Source of the DNA: an uncultured virus (IMG/VR IMGVR_UViG_3300013137_000012)
Lineage: Duplodnaviria; Heunggongvirae; Uroviricota; Caudoviricetes
Length of the DNA: 64,000 nucleotides
Direction: 5' to 3' (one strand)
Virus record (IMG/VR): IMGVR_UViG_3300013137_000012
A program made the position numbers and the translations under genes. Below are positions 12,097-24,046 of this stretch, piece after piece (positions within the stretch are counted from its first letter, which is position 1; every line of letters begins with the position of its first letter). The notes under the pieces were generated by a model that worked only from the letters and a program-made list of their open reading frames with translations, made no database searches and was not told the DNA's origin.

Positions 12097-12909
12097 TTAA
12101 AATTGATTTATTTTGATGGGCGATAAAAGTCTTTTCTTTCTGCCTGGCCTTTTTATCCCCAATTTATCTGATTTTCTCTGAACCACAGCCAGTGTTACAC
12201 CTAGTTTTTTTGCGACCTTTCTCCACGAATATTTGGTAAACATTTTTTCTAGTCTTTTTTTACTTGGCCATTTTATTTTGTTTGAGTCTTCCCAATAACA
12301 TTTATGGCTACAATATTTTGCCTTTCGGTCAGACAATATTATTTTACCACATTTTTTACAGATACTCTTGTAAATGGGGCGCTTATGATAATTGCACATG
12401 TAACAGCTATGACAGCGCCCATAATAAGATCTGGTTATCAACTTTTTACAATCTATACAAAATCTTTCTCTGAAATTAACTTTTATTGGACAATTTTTAT
12501 ATAATTCTTCGATCTCTTTTATTTTTATCTCTTTAAAATTTATTTTGTGGCGCATGTAGTCTTTTTTCTTTTTTTCTATTTTTTTATTATATTTTTTAAA
12601 GCTGGTCATGCCGAAAATTTCTACATATGTGTTTTTTATTTTAAAATCAGCGATATAGGGTAAGTTTTTGACGGAGATTTCATGACCATGTTTTATGTTT
12701 TGCCAATGTAAATACGCATCATACATCCCCTCATAAACAGATCTACACGGACTTCCTTCTTGGGTCAAAATAAAGCCGGTAAAAGCAGGAATTCTAAGTT
12801 TTTTTCTTACATAACAAATACGTCTTCTGGACGTGTTTAGTTCACGGGCTATTTGAGAATCCGGTTTTTGGCCCAACGACACCATACTCCAATCAATGTT
12901 TTGTTTCAC
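12097..12909 (-). CDS. putative homing endonuclease (HTH + PD-(D/E)xK + Zn-finger repeats)
   Basis: RSVYE...YIADF...YVEIFG nuclease-like motif, CxxC pairs, YCSHKC, terminal HTH; opposite strand to neighbours. Confidence 0.6.
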   Translation of the reverse strand: MKQNIDWSMVSLGQKPDSQIARELNTSRRRICYVRKKLRIPAFTGFILTQEGSPCRSVYEGMYDAYLHWQNIKHGHEISVKNLPYIADFKIKNTYVEIFGMTSFKKYNKKIEKKKKDYMRHKINFKEIKIKEIEELYKNCPIKVNFRERFCIDCKKLITRSYYGRCHSCYMCNYHKRPIYKSICKKCGKIILSDRKAKYCSHKCYWEDSNKIKWPSKKRLEKMFTKYSWRKVAKKLGVTLAVVQRKSDKLGIKRPGRKKRLLSPIKINQF

Positions 12910-13054
12910 TGTACCCCTTTATTTTTTTATATACTTCACCAATTGTTTTTCTAAATAGATCCGACGTTGATATAAAATATTTATTTCTAAGAATTTTTAT
13001 CTTCATAAAATCGCTTTTATTTATTCTAATTGCTATTATTTTGTTTTTTTTCAT
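12893..13054 (-). CDS. small ribbon-helix-helix-like DNA-binding protein
   Basis: 53 aa, IAIRI strand then STSDLFRKTI helix pattern. Confidence 0.45.
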   Translation of the reverse strand: MKKNKIIAIRINKSDFMKIKILRNKYFISTSDLFRKTIGEVYKKIKGYSETKH

Positions 13055-13187
13055 TGCTATCTTCTTGTATAACATTGTTATACCTATAAAAAAATACAAA
13101 ATCCTTCTTGACTTTTTGATATTGGTTAGTATAATAATATGTATAATATTAGAAAGGTTGATTTTAAATTATAAGGCGGGGCAGATT

Positions 13188-14303
13188 ATGTATGTGTTTT
13201 ATTTTATTGCATTAGTACCCTCAATTATAGGAGGAATACTTTTTATATGTAATAGAAGGGTGGTGTGGCAAGAATGGATAGGTGGTACAATCATAGCTCT
13301 AATATTGTCGGCTATAATGCACGGAGTAGCAATTTATAAGATGGTTTCAGACCAAGAATCGTGGAGCGGGAAAATAACCCATGTATGTCATTTTCCTAAA
13401 TGGACAGAAGAATATACAGAAATTCATACCGAAACCGAAACAGATAGCGAAGGCAATGTAACAACTAGAACCTATACAGATACTCATCACGATACACATC
13501 CTGAACATTGGGTAGCTTATTTAGATTTTGGGACAATACAAGAAGAGCGTAGAATTGATTATAAGCTTTTTTGTGAAATAAAACATAATTTCGGTAATTT
13601 AGTAGAAAATGGTGGCAAACAATCTTGTAATTATTTATCTGGTGATTTTGATGGTGGCGATAATAATATTTATAGAACAAGCAATAAAACTGGTTATATT
13701 TACCCTGTTACTACATTAAAATATTTTGAAAATAAAGTAAAAGCTGCTCCTACATTATTTTCATTTGCCAAAGTTCCAACTAATGCACCTGTTTATGAAT
13801 GGCCTGAAAACCCTAATTGGATGGCTTCTGATAGATTATTGGGGGTATCTAAAATTACGCCTAGAGAATGGGATTTAATGAATACTCGTTTAGGCGCAAA
13901 GAAAAAAGTAAATGTTATAATGATAGGATTTAATAGTGCAGATAGTATGTTGGGTCAATGGCAAGAAGCGAAGTGGGTTGGCGGTAAGAAAAACGACGTT
14001 GTATTGTGTTATGGTTTTAATAGAACCAACATAATATGGTCCTATGTTTACGGATGGACGGAGAAAACAATTTGTAAAAGAAATTTAGAAACTATACTTT
14101 TAAATAATCCAATTAATGATTCAATAATTCCTATAATTGAAAAAGAAATAATCATGAATTATGAGATTAAAGAATGGCGCAAGTTTGACTATATAACAAT
14201 TGAACCTCCTAGATGGGCATATATTACTTTGATTTTAGTTATGCTTTTTACACAGACTGGTTTTTGGTGGTGGGCGAATATGAACGAATTTGAAAAACAA
14301 TGA
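13188..14303 (+). CDS. membrane protein, likely partner of the LemA-like gene
   Basis: two N-terminal TMs, large soluble domain with W.GGKKNDVV, C-terminal TM. Confidence 0.6.
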   Translation: MYVFYFIALVPSIIGGILFICNRRVVWQEWIGGTIIALILSAIMHGVAIYKMVSDQESWSGKITHVCHFPKWTEEYTEIHTETETDSEGNVTTRTYTDTHHDTHPEHWVAYLDFGTIQEERRIDYKLFCEIKHNFGNLVENGGKQSCNYLSGDFDGGDNNIYRTSNKTGYIYPVTTLKYFENKVKAAPTLFSFAKVPTNAPVYEWPENPNWMASDRLLGVSKITPREWDLMNTRLGAKKKVNVIMIGFNSADSMLGQWQEAKWVGGKKNDVVLCYGFNRTNIIWSYVYGWTEKTICKRNLETILLNNPINDSIIPIIEKEIIMNYEIKEWRKFDYITIEPPRWAYITLILVMLFTQTGFWWWANMNEFEKQ

Positions 14304-14893
14304 TACTTTCTGCAATAACTGGTTCAAATGATGAAATATTTAAAGATATTATTTCTTTATATTGTCCAAAGGGATTTAAAATAGCCGATGTTACTTATGG
14401 CAATGGAGTGTTCTGGAAACAAGTTAATATAGCTTATTATAATTTAATAAAATCCGATTTAAATAACGGTACTGATTTTAGAAATTTACCCTATAAAGAT
14501 GAAGAGTTTGATTGTGTTATTTTAGACCCTCCCTATATTTATAATCCAAGCAATACAATCAAAAAGTCTATTTCTAATAGTTATAACAATAATATAACAG
14601 ATGGATTAAAGAGCAACAACGACGTATTAAGGTTATATGATGATGGAATAAAAGAAATTAAAAGAATATTAAAAATTAAGGGCATATTAATTATTAAGTG
14701 TCAAGATATTATAGAAAGTGGCAAAAATAAGTGGAACCATATAGAGATTTATGAGTTAGCTATGAATCGTGGATTTTTCGCTGAAGATTTATTTGTATTG
14801 GTGCAAAAAACAATTCCTTGCAAACGATGGGACAGGCAACTACATGCACGAAAAAATCACTCGTATTTTTGGGTGTTCAGAAGAAAAATTTGA
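14300..14893 (+). CDS. DNA amino-methyltransferase (m6A/m4C)
   Basis: ADVTYGNGVFW SAM-binding motif and LDPPY catalytic motif. Confidence 0.8.
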   Translation: MILSAITGSNDEIFKDIISLYCPKGFKIADVTYGNGVFWKQVNIAYYNLIKSDLNNGTDFRNLPYKDEEFDCVILDPPYIYNPSNTIKKSISNSYNNNITDGLKSNNDVLRLYDDGIKEIKRILKIKGILIIKCQDIIESGKNKWNHIEIYELAMNRGFFAEDLFVLVQKTIPCKRWDRQLHARKNHSYFWVFRRKI

Positions 14894-14916
14894 CATTTCT
14901 AAACTACGTGTATAAT
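14890..14916 (+). promoter_or_regulatory. class B promoter TTGACA-15-TATAAT (representative)
   Basis: same pattern with 15-16 nt spacer at 3159, 10491, 11371, 13108, 23627, 38323, 45536, 47319, 54908. Confidence 0.6.
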
Positions 14917-14923
14917 AAATACT

Positions 14924-15412
14924 ATGAAAGAAATCCAATACACTACGGGTGATGCTACAAGACCTATTGGCGAAGGTAACAAAATAATAACTCACTGTTG
15001 TAATGACTGTATTCCAGGAAGGTGGGGAGCGGGTTTTGTTTTAGCCATTTCAAAGCGCTGGAAAGAACCTGAAGAGCAATATAGAAAGTGGAGCGTTAGT
15101 AAATCTAATGATAATCCATATAAATTAGGTCAAGTTCAATTTGTAAAAGTAGAAAAAGATATTGTTGTTTGCAATATGATAGGACAGCATGGAACTGGTT
15201 TTTACAACAATATTCCTCCAATACGATATGATGCAATAGAATCATGTTTGCAAAAAGTATCTGATGTGGCAAAGAAATATAATGCCACTGTAAATTGTCC
15301 ACGTTTTGGTTGTGGATTAGCGGGAGGAGATTGGGAGATTATTGAAGATTTAATAAAAAACAATTTGTGCGCTAAAGATATAAGTGTTATTGTTTATGAT
15401 TTCAAAAGGTAA
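14924..15412 (+). CDS. macrodomain (ADP-ribose/Appr-1-p processing) protein
   Basis: GDAT, H.CN...WGAGF, PRFGCGLAGGDW motifs. Confidence 0.88.
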   Translation: MKEIQYTTGDATRPIGEGNKIITHCCNDCIPGRWGAGFVLAISKRWKEPEEQYRKWSVSKSNDNPYKLGQVQFVKVEKDIVVCNMIGQHGTGFYNNIPPIRYDAIESCLQKVSDVAKKYNATVNCPRFGCGLAGGDWEIIEDLIKNNLCAKDISVIVYDFKR

Positions 15413-15858
15413 TTATGTATTTTTCCGATAGAGATTATTATTGCCCTAAATGTGGTGGTTGGCTTGAGTTTATAACCGAAGAGATTTTTTATTGTGACAC
15501 ATGCGAATATACTAATGATCCTGAAGAAAGGAAATAAAATGAAAAGCTTTATTGAAATATCCTTCCCATTATATCCCAAAAAACAAAAAATACTTATCAA
15601 GGAAGCACTCAAAATTAATACTGATTCTTTAAGTTTCATGTTAGATGTTAATAAAGAAGAAAATGATAAAGAAATAGAGCTGGCAAAACATAAATCACAT
15701 ATTATTGAAGGATTAAAATTAGTTTCTTTCAATCATAATGTTTATAATGAAGAACATAGATATCAAGAAGTGATATTTAGTGGTTATTATAGAAGAGAAA
15801 ACGAAAAAACATTAACGCCATGTGATATAATTTATAAAATATATGGGAGAGACGATAT

Positions 15859-16239
15859 ATGAAAATTCGTAATGGTTTTGTATCTAATAGTTCTTCTGCT
15901 AGTTTTATAATAAAGTGGCAAATAGATGATGAGACATATAAACAAGCTATAGAAGATGGCATTGATGTTTTTGATAGAGCATTTTGTTTATTATTTGATG
16001 TTTATATAAAAAATTCAAAACCTAATTTTTCAATATGGAAACAAGAAGAACAGGTATATAACGATATAAAGAAACATACAATAATGGATAAAAACACATT
16101 CTGTTCTACGTTTTCTACAATTATGTTAAATAGTGTTGTGGATTTCGGTTCATCTGCCGCATATTTGTTATTAGCATTAGAAACAACCGAAGTTTCAAAT
16201 AGTGTTAAATTGATAGAAAAACATATAGAATATAGATAG
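15859..16239 (+). CDS. FVSNSSS-tag protein 1
   Basis: begins MKIRNGFVSNSSSASFII. Confidence 0.85.
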   Translation: MKIRNGFVSNSSSASFIIKWQIDDETYKQAIEDGIDVFDRAFCLLFDVYIKNSKPNFSIWKQEEQVYNDIKKHTIMDKNTFCSTFSTIMLNSVVDFGSSAAYLLLALETTEVSNSVKLIEKHIEYR

Positions 16240-16260
16240 GGATTAGAATAAGGAGATAAT

Positions 16261-16644
16261 ATGAAAATTCGTAGTGGTTTTGTATCTAATAGTTCCAGTA
16301 GTTCTTTTATAATTAGAGGCATAAGAATCTCAAGAGAAGAATTTGAAAAGCATATAGACTATATGCCAGAATTAAAAAAGGGCGGTGTGTTTTCTTGGGA
16401 ATTAGAAAAGAAATTACAGTTAAATATACATCCAGACACTAATTATTTTGAGCATGAGCCTGATGACGAAGTAAAAGATCTAATAGTCGGGAAGTCATTA
16501 GATAGTTTAGACGACGGTATATTCAAAGAAATATGTGAAAATCCTGAATTAGATAAAGAACTGAATAAAATCTTTGAACAACTGGGTATTCATTATAATA
16601 AGCTCTCCACATTTATTCAGTACATTAGTAATGATAATTGCTAG
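16261..16644 (+). CDS. FVSNSSS-tag protein 2
   Basis: AGGAG RBS; begins MKIRSGFVSNSSSSSFII. Confidence 0.85.
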   Translation: MKIRSGFVSNSSSSSFIIRGIRISREEFEKHIDYMPELKKGGVFSWELEKKLQLNIHPDTNYFEHEPDDEVKDLIVGKSLDSLDDGIFKEICENPELDKELNKIFEQLGIHYNKLSTFIQYISNDNC

Positions 16645-16896
16645 GATTAAAAATGTTTGATAAAAATATTTATTCCAAGAACAAGGAAATAATATGAAAA
16701 ATCTGACAATAAAACAAAGAAAACAAATTGAAAAAGCCTATATTAAAGTATGGGACAATATTTATGAAAATATTCTCACTAAAGAAAATAAGGGTAAAAA
16801 GGGCATAGTTAATAAAAATGTTCTCTTTGAAATGGAAGATATAGTTAAGTCACATGCAAGCGAATTTGGATTAGCCGCATTAGGGGAGGGATAATT

Positions 16897-17757
16897 ATGC
16901 ACGATCCAATGACAGTTGCTTTTGAGATTAAATATCCTTGGAAGTATCGTGCAAAACCAAAGAATGGAAAAGACTATATAGAAACCGAATTTGATAAAAA
17001 TTATAGAGAATCATTTATTACTATCTGGCATGTTGATCCTGAAAAAGATGGCTCAGACGACTCATGCGGCTGGTTTATGCGTAGTAGACATGGCGATAAG
17101 AAAATACTGGAGAAAATTGAAAGAGAATTTGAGTTTAATTGGGACTCTATGTTTGTATCAGATAATAAACATACTTATTATACTGGTTGGTTTAAGCCTA
17201 CTGGTGAAATTAATATGACTTTGCAAGGCGTAGTTCTAAATATGTTCTATAGAGCGGCATTCATTGTATTTCATAATAATTGGGATAAAGCAAAGAAATA
17301 TATGCAAAAAAACCTATTTAATATATTGTTCTTTGCCGATAATAATATGGATTCACTTAATGAAGGATTATATAGAACATTTGAAAACGCCTGTAATGAA
17401 GAATATACCGAAACGATAAGAAAAGTGTGGATTCATAAAATGGCAGATATAGTTTATGGGTATATTCTAAGGGGTACTCGTCCATGGTATAAACATCCTA
17501 AATGGCATATTTGGCACTGGAAGATTCAAATACATCCATTACAAAAGATTCTAAGATTTTTGTTTGATAGATGTTGTGTTTGCGGTAAAAGATTTGGATA
17601 TAATGAGTATCCACTTAGTAATTGGGAAGGAAATCATTTATGGCATTCTAGTTGTGATCATACATTAAGAGTACCAGATGATGAGATTGAAAAAAGAAGA
17701 AAAGAAGTACAAAATATAAAAATAATGGATATACCGAAACAAGGAGATTTATTTTGA
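16897..17757 (+). CDS. hypothetical phage protein (Trp/His-rich, C-terminal CxxC)
   Basis: 286-aa ORF with GGAGG RBS. Confidence 0.6.
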   Translation: MHDPMTVAFEIKYPWKYRAKPKNGKDYIETEFDKNYRESFITIWHVDPEKDGSDDSCGWFMRSRHGDKKILEKIEREFEFNWDSMFVSDNKHTYYTGWFKPTGEINMTLQGVVLNMFYRAAFIVFHNNWDKAKKYMQKNLFNILFFADNNMDSLNEGLYRTFENACNEEYTETIRKVWIHKMADIVYGYILRGTRPWYKHPKWHIWHWKIQIHPLQKILRFLFDRCCVCGKRFGYNEYPLSNWEGNHLWHSSCDHTLRVPDDEIEKRRKEVQNIKIMDIPKQGDLF

Positions 17758-18610
17758 AAAAAAGACATTTAACACTTGAACTTTATAAGCCTTCAGAAAT
17801 GGCAAGATTAATGGATGGAAGGCATGAGATATTTTTAGGTAATTATTGGGATTTTCACGCAGGTTGTCATGGAACAGAATTGATAATGAGAGATGGTAAA
17901 ACAATAGATTTAAAAGACGAATGGATTTCAAATCGTCCTTTTGGATTAGCCTCATTACTTACTAAAAAACTAGGCTATGAACCTTTTGTAGTGATTGATA
18001 GAAAAACACCAATAGAGTGCTAAAACATGAATAATGATAACGGTAAAAATTGCGCTTATGAGAGAATCTGTAAGGGTGTTTGCAAATCTCCTTCTTCTTG
18101 TATAAAACATGGCAAATCAGAAAAAGAATATTGGCAGGATATTAAAGATGCGACGATTGCTAAATGTAAAATGGACGAACTCAAACATCTATTAGAAGAT
18201 AATAGGTGTTTCACAAGAGAATGGCTAATTAGGTTTTTAAAAAATGTATAAAACAAATGAAACATATTGTAAATCTTGTAAATATCACAAAAGATCTTAT
18301 AGACGTTGTTTTAATTGTAGTAGATGGAATTTTGAACGTCCTCCAACAATGTATAGAAAAAGAAAATTATGAAATTTAGAGACAAAAATATTTATGGTGA
18401 TTGGGATAGTCCTCATACTTTTTGTAGATATCAAACAGATGATGAAAAATATGGGTTTTTGTGTACTGAGAAAGTATTTGAAGATGACACAAATAACCCC
18501 GAAAAATGCAAATGTCCATATGTTTTAAAAAATGCTAACGGTTGTAAGCAATTTGAATATTATAAACACGATAAAAATCCTGGCGCTAAAAGATATAAGG
18601 GAAATAAAAT

Positions 18611-19276
18611 ATGAACACACCTGAGCAAATTTTAGAAAGAATAAGCGCAAGCAGGGATTATTTGTTAGATTCGTCTGAAATGAATGCACTTATAAGAGAG
18701 TTTATGTCGAGAGCAAAACATAATAAAAAAGACATAGAAGTTTTAATTGACGAATACATCTATAACAGTTTAAAATCTTTTTGTCCTGAAGAAATAGAAA
18801 CGCATATACAAAATAACACCGAGATTGGTGTTTATTTTTTAGAACTATTTAAAAACGTTAAATCTCAGTATGCCAGTTTAATTAACAAAATATATCCCAA
18901 TAGGAAAAAATCAAAAAAATCAGCGGTAGACAGTGTTGGCACAAATAATATTAATAACGATACTGTGCGCGTTAACAGAAGAAATATTTTTCCAGAAACA
19001 ATAAAGGCAAAATTTAGTTCTGTAGAAGATTTTACTAAATACTGGACCGAAAATGATTTAAAATTGTATCACGAGGAATTTTCTTTTTTGCCGATTGAAG
19101 ATATAAAAAATGCTACTAAGGAAGTTGTAGATGAGGTTAAAGATAATTTTAAAGAAGACTGTGAGATAATACATTTTAGTGACTTTGATATAGCTCCAAA
19201 AATGATGGAAAGAGAATACGTTTTAATCAGAAAAAATAAAGAAGTTGTACGTTCTATATTAATCAGGATGTCTTGA
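18611..19276 (+). CDS. fusion-like paralog of 3233 C-terminus plus 3927
   Basis: SRDYLLDSSEMNALIRE aligns with SRQYLLDVSEMDAYIRD; C-terminus aligns with 3927..4223. Confidence 0.65.
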   Translation: MNTPEQILERISASRDYLLDSSEMNALIREFMSRAKHNKKDIEVLIDEYIYNSLKSFCPEEIETHIQNNTEIGVYFLELFKNVKSQYASLINKIYPNRKKSKKSAVDSVGTNNINNDTVRVNRRNIFPETIKAKFSSVEDFTKYWTENDLKLYHEEFSFLPIEDIKNATKEVVDEVKDNFKEDCEIIHFSDFDIAPKMMEREYVLIRKNKEVVRSILIRMS

Positions 19277-21792
19277 TATGGATGATTTAACACTACCAGA
19301 AGAATTAACGCCAATTAATTTAAAAGCATATTTCTATAATGCTTTCAATATGTGCGGTTGTTGGGAATTTGGACCAGTACATTATAATATTCTGTTTCTT
19401 TTGAAATGGCTAAAAACAAATTCAGAAGAAAATCCAAAAAAGTCTTATGAAACTTTGTATGATAGTGTTGGTATATTTTATTTATTAGTGGGCATATTTG
19501 ATAGATTAAACCTTATAGAACATGGCATATCTATTAGGTGTGCATGGTTAACAAATAATGGAAAAAGACTATTAGAGGCATTACTTAAATATTCTCCAGA
19601 AGAAATAGATAGTGCGGAAGGGAAGGCATATGATGAATGTGAATATGCAAAATGATATAACAATTATTCCTCCAGACGATCCTAAAAAACTTAAATTAGG
19701 GTGGAAAATATATGAGAATACTGGTCCGTGTTATTTGCCAAGCGCTTCCACCGAATGTTATAAGTTTGATAAGGCGGATAAATACAAAAATACTTGTGGA
19801 GTTGCTGTTAAAAAATCTAAATCATGGTCTTTTGCAGTTGTAAGAGTTTTAGAATTTTTGTGGGGACAACCATGGAATAATTTGGCATTAAATTATGTAA
19901 TGGGGTTAAATCCAACTTCTATAAGAGTTTCTACTGGAACAATCACAGCAGATGCATATTTTGGCAGAGTAACCGTATTATTAGATAAAGACGAAAGAAC
20001 AATTAGAAAAATAGAACAGGAAATGCAGGTGGGCTTAATAGGCTGTGAAAATGGATGGGACTTGAATTTAAAATTAATGCAACAAAAAACCGGTAAGAAA
20101 ATAGAACCATTTGATATCAATAGTGCATTTATTAATCCTAAAGCTATTGCAAAAATTGAAATAGAGAAATAATATGAAATTTGAAACAATTATAACAATG
20201 CTTGTGCTTTCATTATCTGTGCTTTGTATTTGCAATATAGTGATGATAAAAAAACTTCAAAAATTGCATAATCCTGGTTTTTCTTTTGTTTGTAAAAATA
20301 ATGATGTTTCAACTGGTCCGATGAGAGTAGTTGTAGAATGGTTGAATAATGATACAATTAAAATGGAAGAGAATTACTTTGATTTTGAGATGGTGTTTAG
20401 AAAAGATGGGCTAATTGGATACAAAAATGCACATATGGCTGGTCCTGTTGATTCGGATTCTTTGTGGACATTAACTACAGGTATAAATTTGAGCGATAAA
20501 GATATAGAAAATAAACAGTAGGAGAATAATGTGTAGAAAGGCAAATTAATATGGAAGAAAAAAAGAAGTTACCCAAAGGACACGATTTACCATATCGTAC
20601 AGAAGCGTGTTTTCAAAATAGTAAGGTTATTGAATGTAATGGGGAAAGAGATACCAGAAGATGTAATATTTGTGGCAAAGAATGGACAGAGCGTTGCAAT
20701 TTTGAGGATGATTATGACTAAAAAAGTACCAGTTTATTATAAAGATAAGCAAATTGGTTATATTAATCTAAATAATAAACGTGAGCAAATTATTCATTTA
20801 TATAAAAATAATAAAAGTGCTGAAGATATTTTGGACATATTAAGAGATAAAGAAAATATCAGTATGGATTGTAAAATAGAAAGAGATAAGCAATGAGTGT
20901 TCAACAATTAAATCTTCCATTAATAAGTTTTGATTTTAAAAAGCAGTTTGTACCTTGGCGCGGAATTTATAGTTTGATGCAAGGTGGTTGGCGTCAATTA
21001 CCAATAAAAGTTCAAGATTTTAAATGGGAAAATTACGGAGAATTTAAGGATATATTACACACTGAATTAGAAAATGCTTTGATAAAATATAAAATTAATG
21101 AGGTCGTTAACTTTTCAATATTGTGTGATAATTATATAACGGTCAAAATTAAATAAATGAAAATATTAAAAGAGAGATAACATGGCAAAAGCAACAAAAG
21201 AATTATGTAGCTATTGCGGTGGAAAAGGCTATATTCCTATTTTAGTTAACGAACGCTATAAAGAGTTCAATATTACGACTTATAATAACAATCCATGCCC
21301 TAAATGCAGCAAAAAAGATTGTAAAGCGGTAGTGGTAGAACACAAACCATTAATACCAAAAATAGAGATAATATGAAAACTAGAGCAACGCCATTTTCTC
21401 AGGCACATACTTTATTTGAAAAATACATGAATAAAAACCGTATATTATCTGTTAAAGAAGCTTCTAAAATTCTATTGTTTTCTACTGGTTTTACATTTGG
21501 AACTGAAAATGACTCAATTGGTTTTTTAAAAGATATGGAAAGATTTAACTTGATTAGATTCTGTAAGGATGTACAATATATACGGGTACAGGAGTGGTAA
21601 GATATGAAAAAACTTAACAAAAAAAATTATAGAAGGTGTTGAAGTTGAAATGTACGAATTTTACAATGAAGCCCAAGATGCACAATTTATGGCCGAAACA
21701 CTAGAAAAAATTCTCAAGACATATAAGAAAACTGGCATATTAACAAAAGAAATGAAAGAAGTAGTAAAAGAACCTTGGAGGGGGTGGAAAAA

Positions 21793-22371
21793 ATGAAAAC
21801 CAGAATAGGCTTCGTATCTAATTCCTCCTCTTGCTCTTTTATAGTGTCTACAAAAGAGTTTCCTACAACTTGGGATTTGGCAGACTATATGATTGAAGCA
21901 CGTTATCAATATGAGAAAAATTGTTATCAAGAAGATATTTGCTATGCCAAAAGAAATCTGCCAAAAGAACCCCTATCTGACGCCCAAAAAGAATTAATAA
22001 AAGAAGATGAAAAACTACTACAAGATAATGAAGAAATATATAAAACACTAAAATCAAATCTGTCCAAAATACTCAAAGGCGATTCTAATTTAGCATTTAG
22101 ATCAGTTAATTTTGATACTTTTATTACTCAAATTGATGTAAATGGCACTAAATATTTATATGTTTCTACATGTAATAATGTTATATGGGATATACCTAAA
22201 ACTGTTCCTAATGGTCATGGAGAAACTATTCCAGAGCTTTTTAGTTTTGGGGGGTTAGACGATGGCGAATGGGACGAAGAATATATAGAAGGCAACACTT
22301 TTATTAGATTAGACGATAATAAAGAAATAAAAATAAAAGATAGATTTGATGGATTAAATCAAAAGGAATAA
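21793..22371 (+). CDS. FVSNSSS-tag protein 3
   Basis: begins MKTRIGFVSNSSSCSFIV. Confidence 0.85.
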   Translation: MKTRIGFVSNSSSCSFIVSTKEFPTTWDLADYMIEARYQYEKNCYQEDICYAKRNLPKEPLSDAQKELIKEDEKLLQDNEEIYKTLKSNLSKILKGDSNLAFRSVNFDTFITQIDVNGTKYLYVSTCNNVIWDIPKTVPNGHGETIPELFSFGGLDDGEWDEEYIEGNTFIRLDDNKEIKIKDRFDGLNQKE

Positions 22372-23694
22372 CAATGATCCTCAAAACCATATTACTAGTG
22401 CTAATATTGTGGACTGGAATTGGACCATGTATATGTATATTGCTTTCTAAATTCTCTATATTTTCTAATAAAGGAGAGCCAAAATATTTCTGGTTAATTG
22501 GTGGTCCTTCTTTTTGGGCGCTTTTTATATTGCTTAAATTATTTTCGCCTGTAAAATAAATGAATAAAAATGAGCGATAGTTCTTATAGAGAATTAACTT
22601 GTGATGATTTAAGAAATCATGACAGGATTTTAAACGGAGATAATTGGCTTGATACCCATATAGAAGAAAAATGAATCAAAAGTAGACATAAAATGAAAAA
22701 CTACCTATTCAGCGAAATCGGTTGGAGTAATAATTTTGTCGTAATGGCTTCTTCTAAATTCAAAGCCCAATACGCATTAGCAGAATTCCTTAGAAAAAAG
22801 AAATATCATGGACAAAATAACCAAATAATCCAAAACACCAGAGATATTGCTATAAATTTTGAAGTTAAAGAATTTGATAAAGAGAAAGTAATACAAATCT
22901 AATGTCACGCATATATTTTCATAGTATTAATGGCGAAAAAGAAATATGGGGCGCAGAAAGAGCCTTGGCAGGACACTATATTAATCAATTAGCACTTTCC
23001 ATATTAAACGTTAAAGAAAATTATAGTAAATTATATTCTGTATTAAATCCTGAATCATATCTAATTAATCCTAGAATTGGGCATGAAGTAGATGATATGG
23101 AAACTGCTATTAGAGTTAATTGGGGTTTTGGCAGTCCGCTTTTTATTATTGATAATAAACCAGTAAATATATGGCAAGTTTTATTGAATACTGCTATGGC
23201 TATAGGATCTGATCAAATTAGATTATTAACAAGACTTCATGCCCAATGTGAAATCTATAGTTACATTAAAGGTAAAAATAGAGAGTGGTTCGCAGACATA
23301 ATATCTGGTGGATTGGATGCCAAAATATATCGTGAACAAAGTGGTTGGAAAGAACTTATAGAATTTTTAATTTCAGACAATAAAAATACAGTAGTAACGA
23401 GTTATAGCGTGTGTACTTGTTTTCCAAACCCCTATATATTGGGTTATGGTGGCGATAATGCATGGGAAGACTTCGCTAGATTAAATAAAAAAGCTCAATG
23501 GGAAAAATGTTTGAAAGAGTTATATAAAAGCAGCGAAGGTCTAGAAATATCTCCTGAAAACTTCTATGTTCGCTTTGGAAACGAAATAAATGCTTTTGAG
23601 TTAATTAATAAGTTGTATAAAAGAACTTGACGGGAAAGTAGAACATATATAATAATGGTATTATCATGAGTAAAGAAAAACGAAAAGAACTATA

Positions 23695-23753
23695 TTCTAA
23701 CGCCCACGATGACCTTCCGGCGGTAGCCGGTAAGGTCCGGCGTGTTGTTGGAG
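23695..23753 (-). other. attC-like recombination site 1 (59 bp)
   Basis: minus strand CTCCAAC-AACAC-GCCGGACC-tt(a)ccggc-tacc-gccgg-aa-GGTCATC-GTGGGC-GTTAGAA: R''/5/L''8...L'7/6/R' geometry, hairpin with bulged base. Confidence 0.75.
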
Positions 23754-23760
23754 ATTCTGA

Positions 23761-23997
23761 ATGATTTGGAGACCGAGAGAGCAGCGAGGGGCGAGCGTCA
23801 TTAAGACGTGGCGCGGGGCAAGTGTTGGCCGAGCGTTTATCCGCTCGTACTCCCTGGCACGCCTCTGCCGCAAGGCAAGCGCAAATTGCGCCGAGGATTC
23901 CGGCTTCGCAGGCGATTGGCGGACAGTCGGCGTCGGCATCGCGCATCGTAGCGACCTGGCCTCTCTCGGTATCTCCAACGTGAAAGCTGAGGATTGA
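23761..23997 (+). CDS. cassette A ORF, hypothetical (78 aa)
   Basis: GGAG upstream, ATGA overlap with the upstream 32-aa ORF; ends inside attC2. Confidence 0.45.
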   Translation: MIWRPREQRGASVIKTWRGASVGRAFIRSYSLARLCRKASANCAEDSGFAGDWRTVGVGIAHRSDLASLGISNVKAED

Positions 23998-24046
23998 CGA
24001 ATGAAGCGAAGCGAAATAAGACATATCCTCCAGCGACTTGTTCGCT
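23973..24046 (-). other. attC-like recombination site 2 (74 bp)
   Basis: minus strand AGCGAAC-AAGTC-GCTGGAGG-at...at-CCTCAGC-TTTCAC-GTTGGAG; L''/L' pair perfectly except one extrahelical G. Confidence 0.8.

Noticed and set aside
14300..14893. Restriction-modification system
   Set aside because: No cognate restriction endonuclease adjacent; looks like an orphan MTase.
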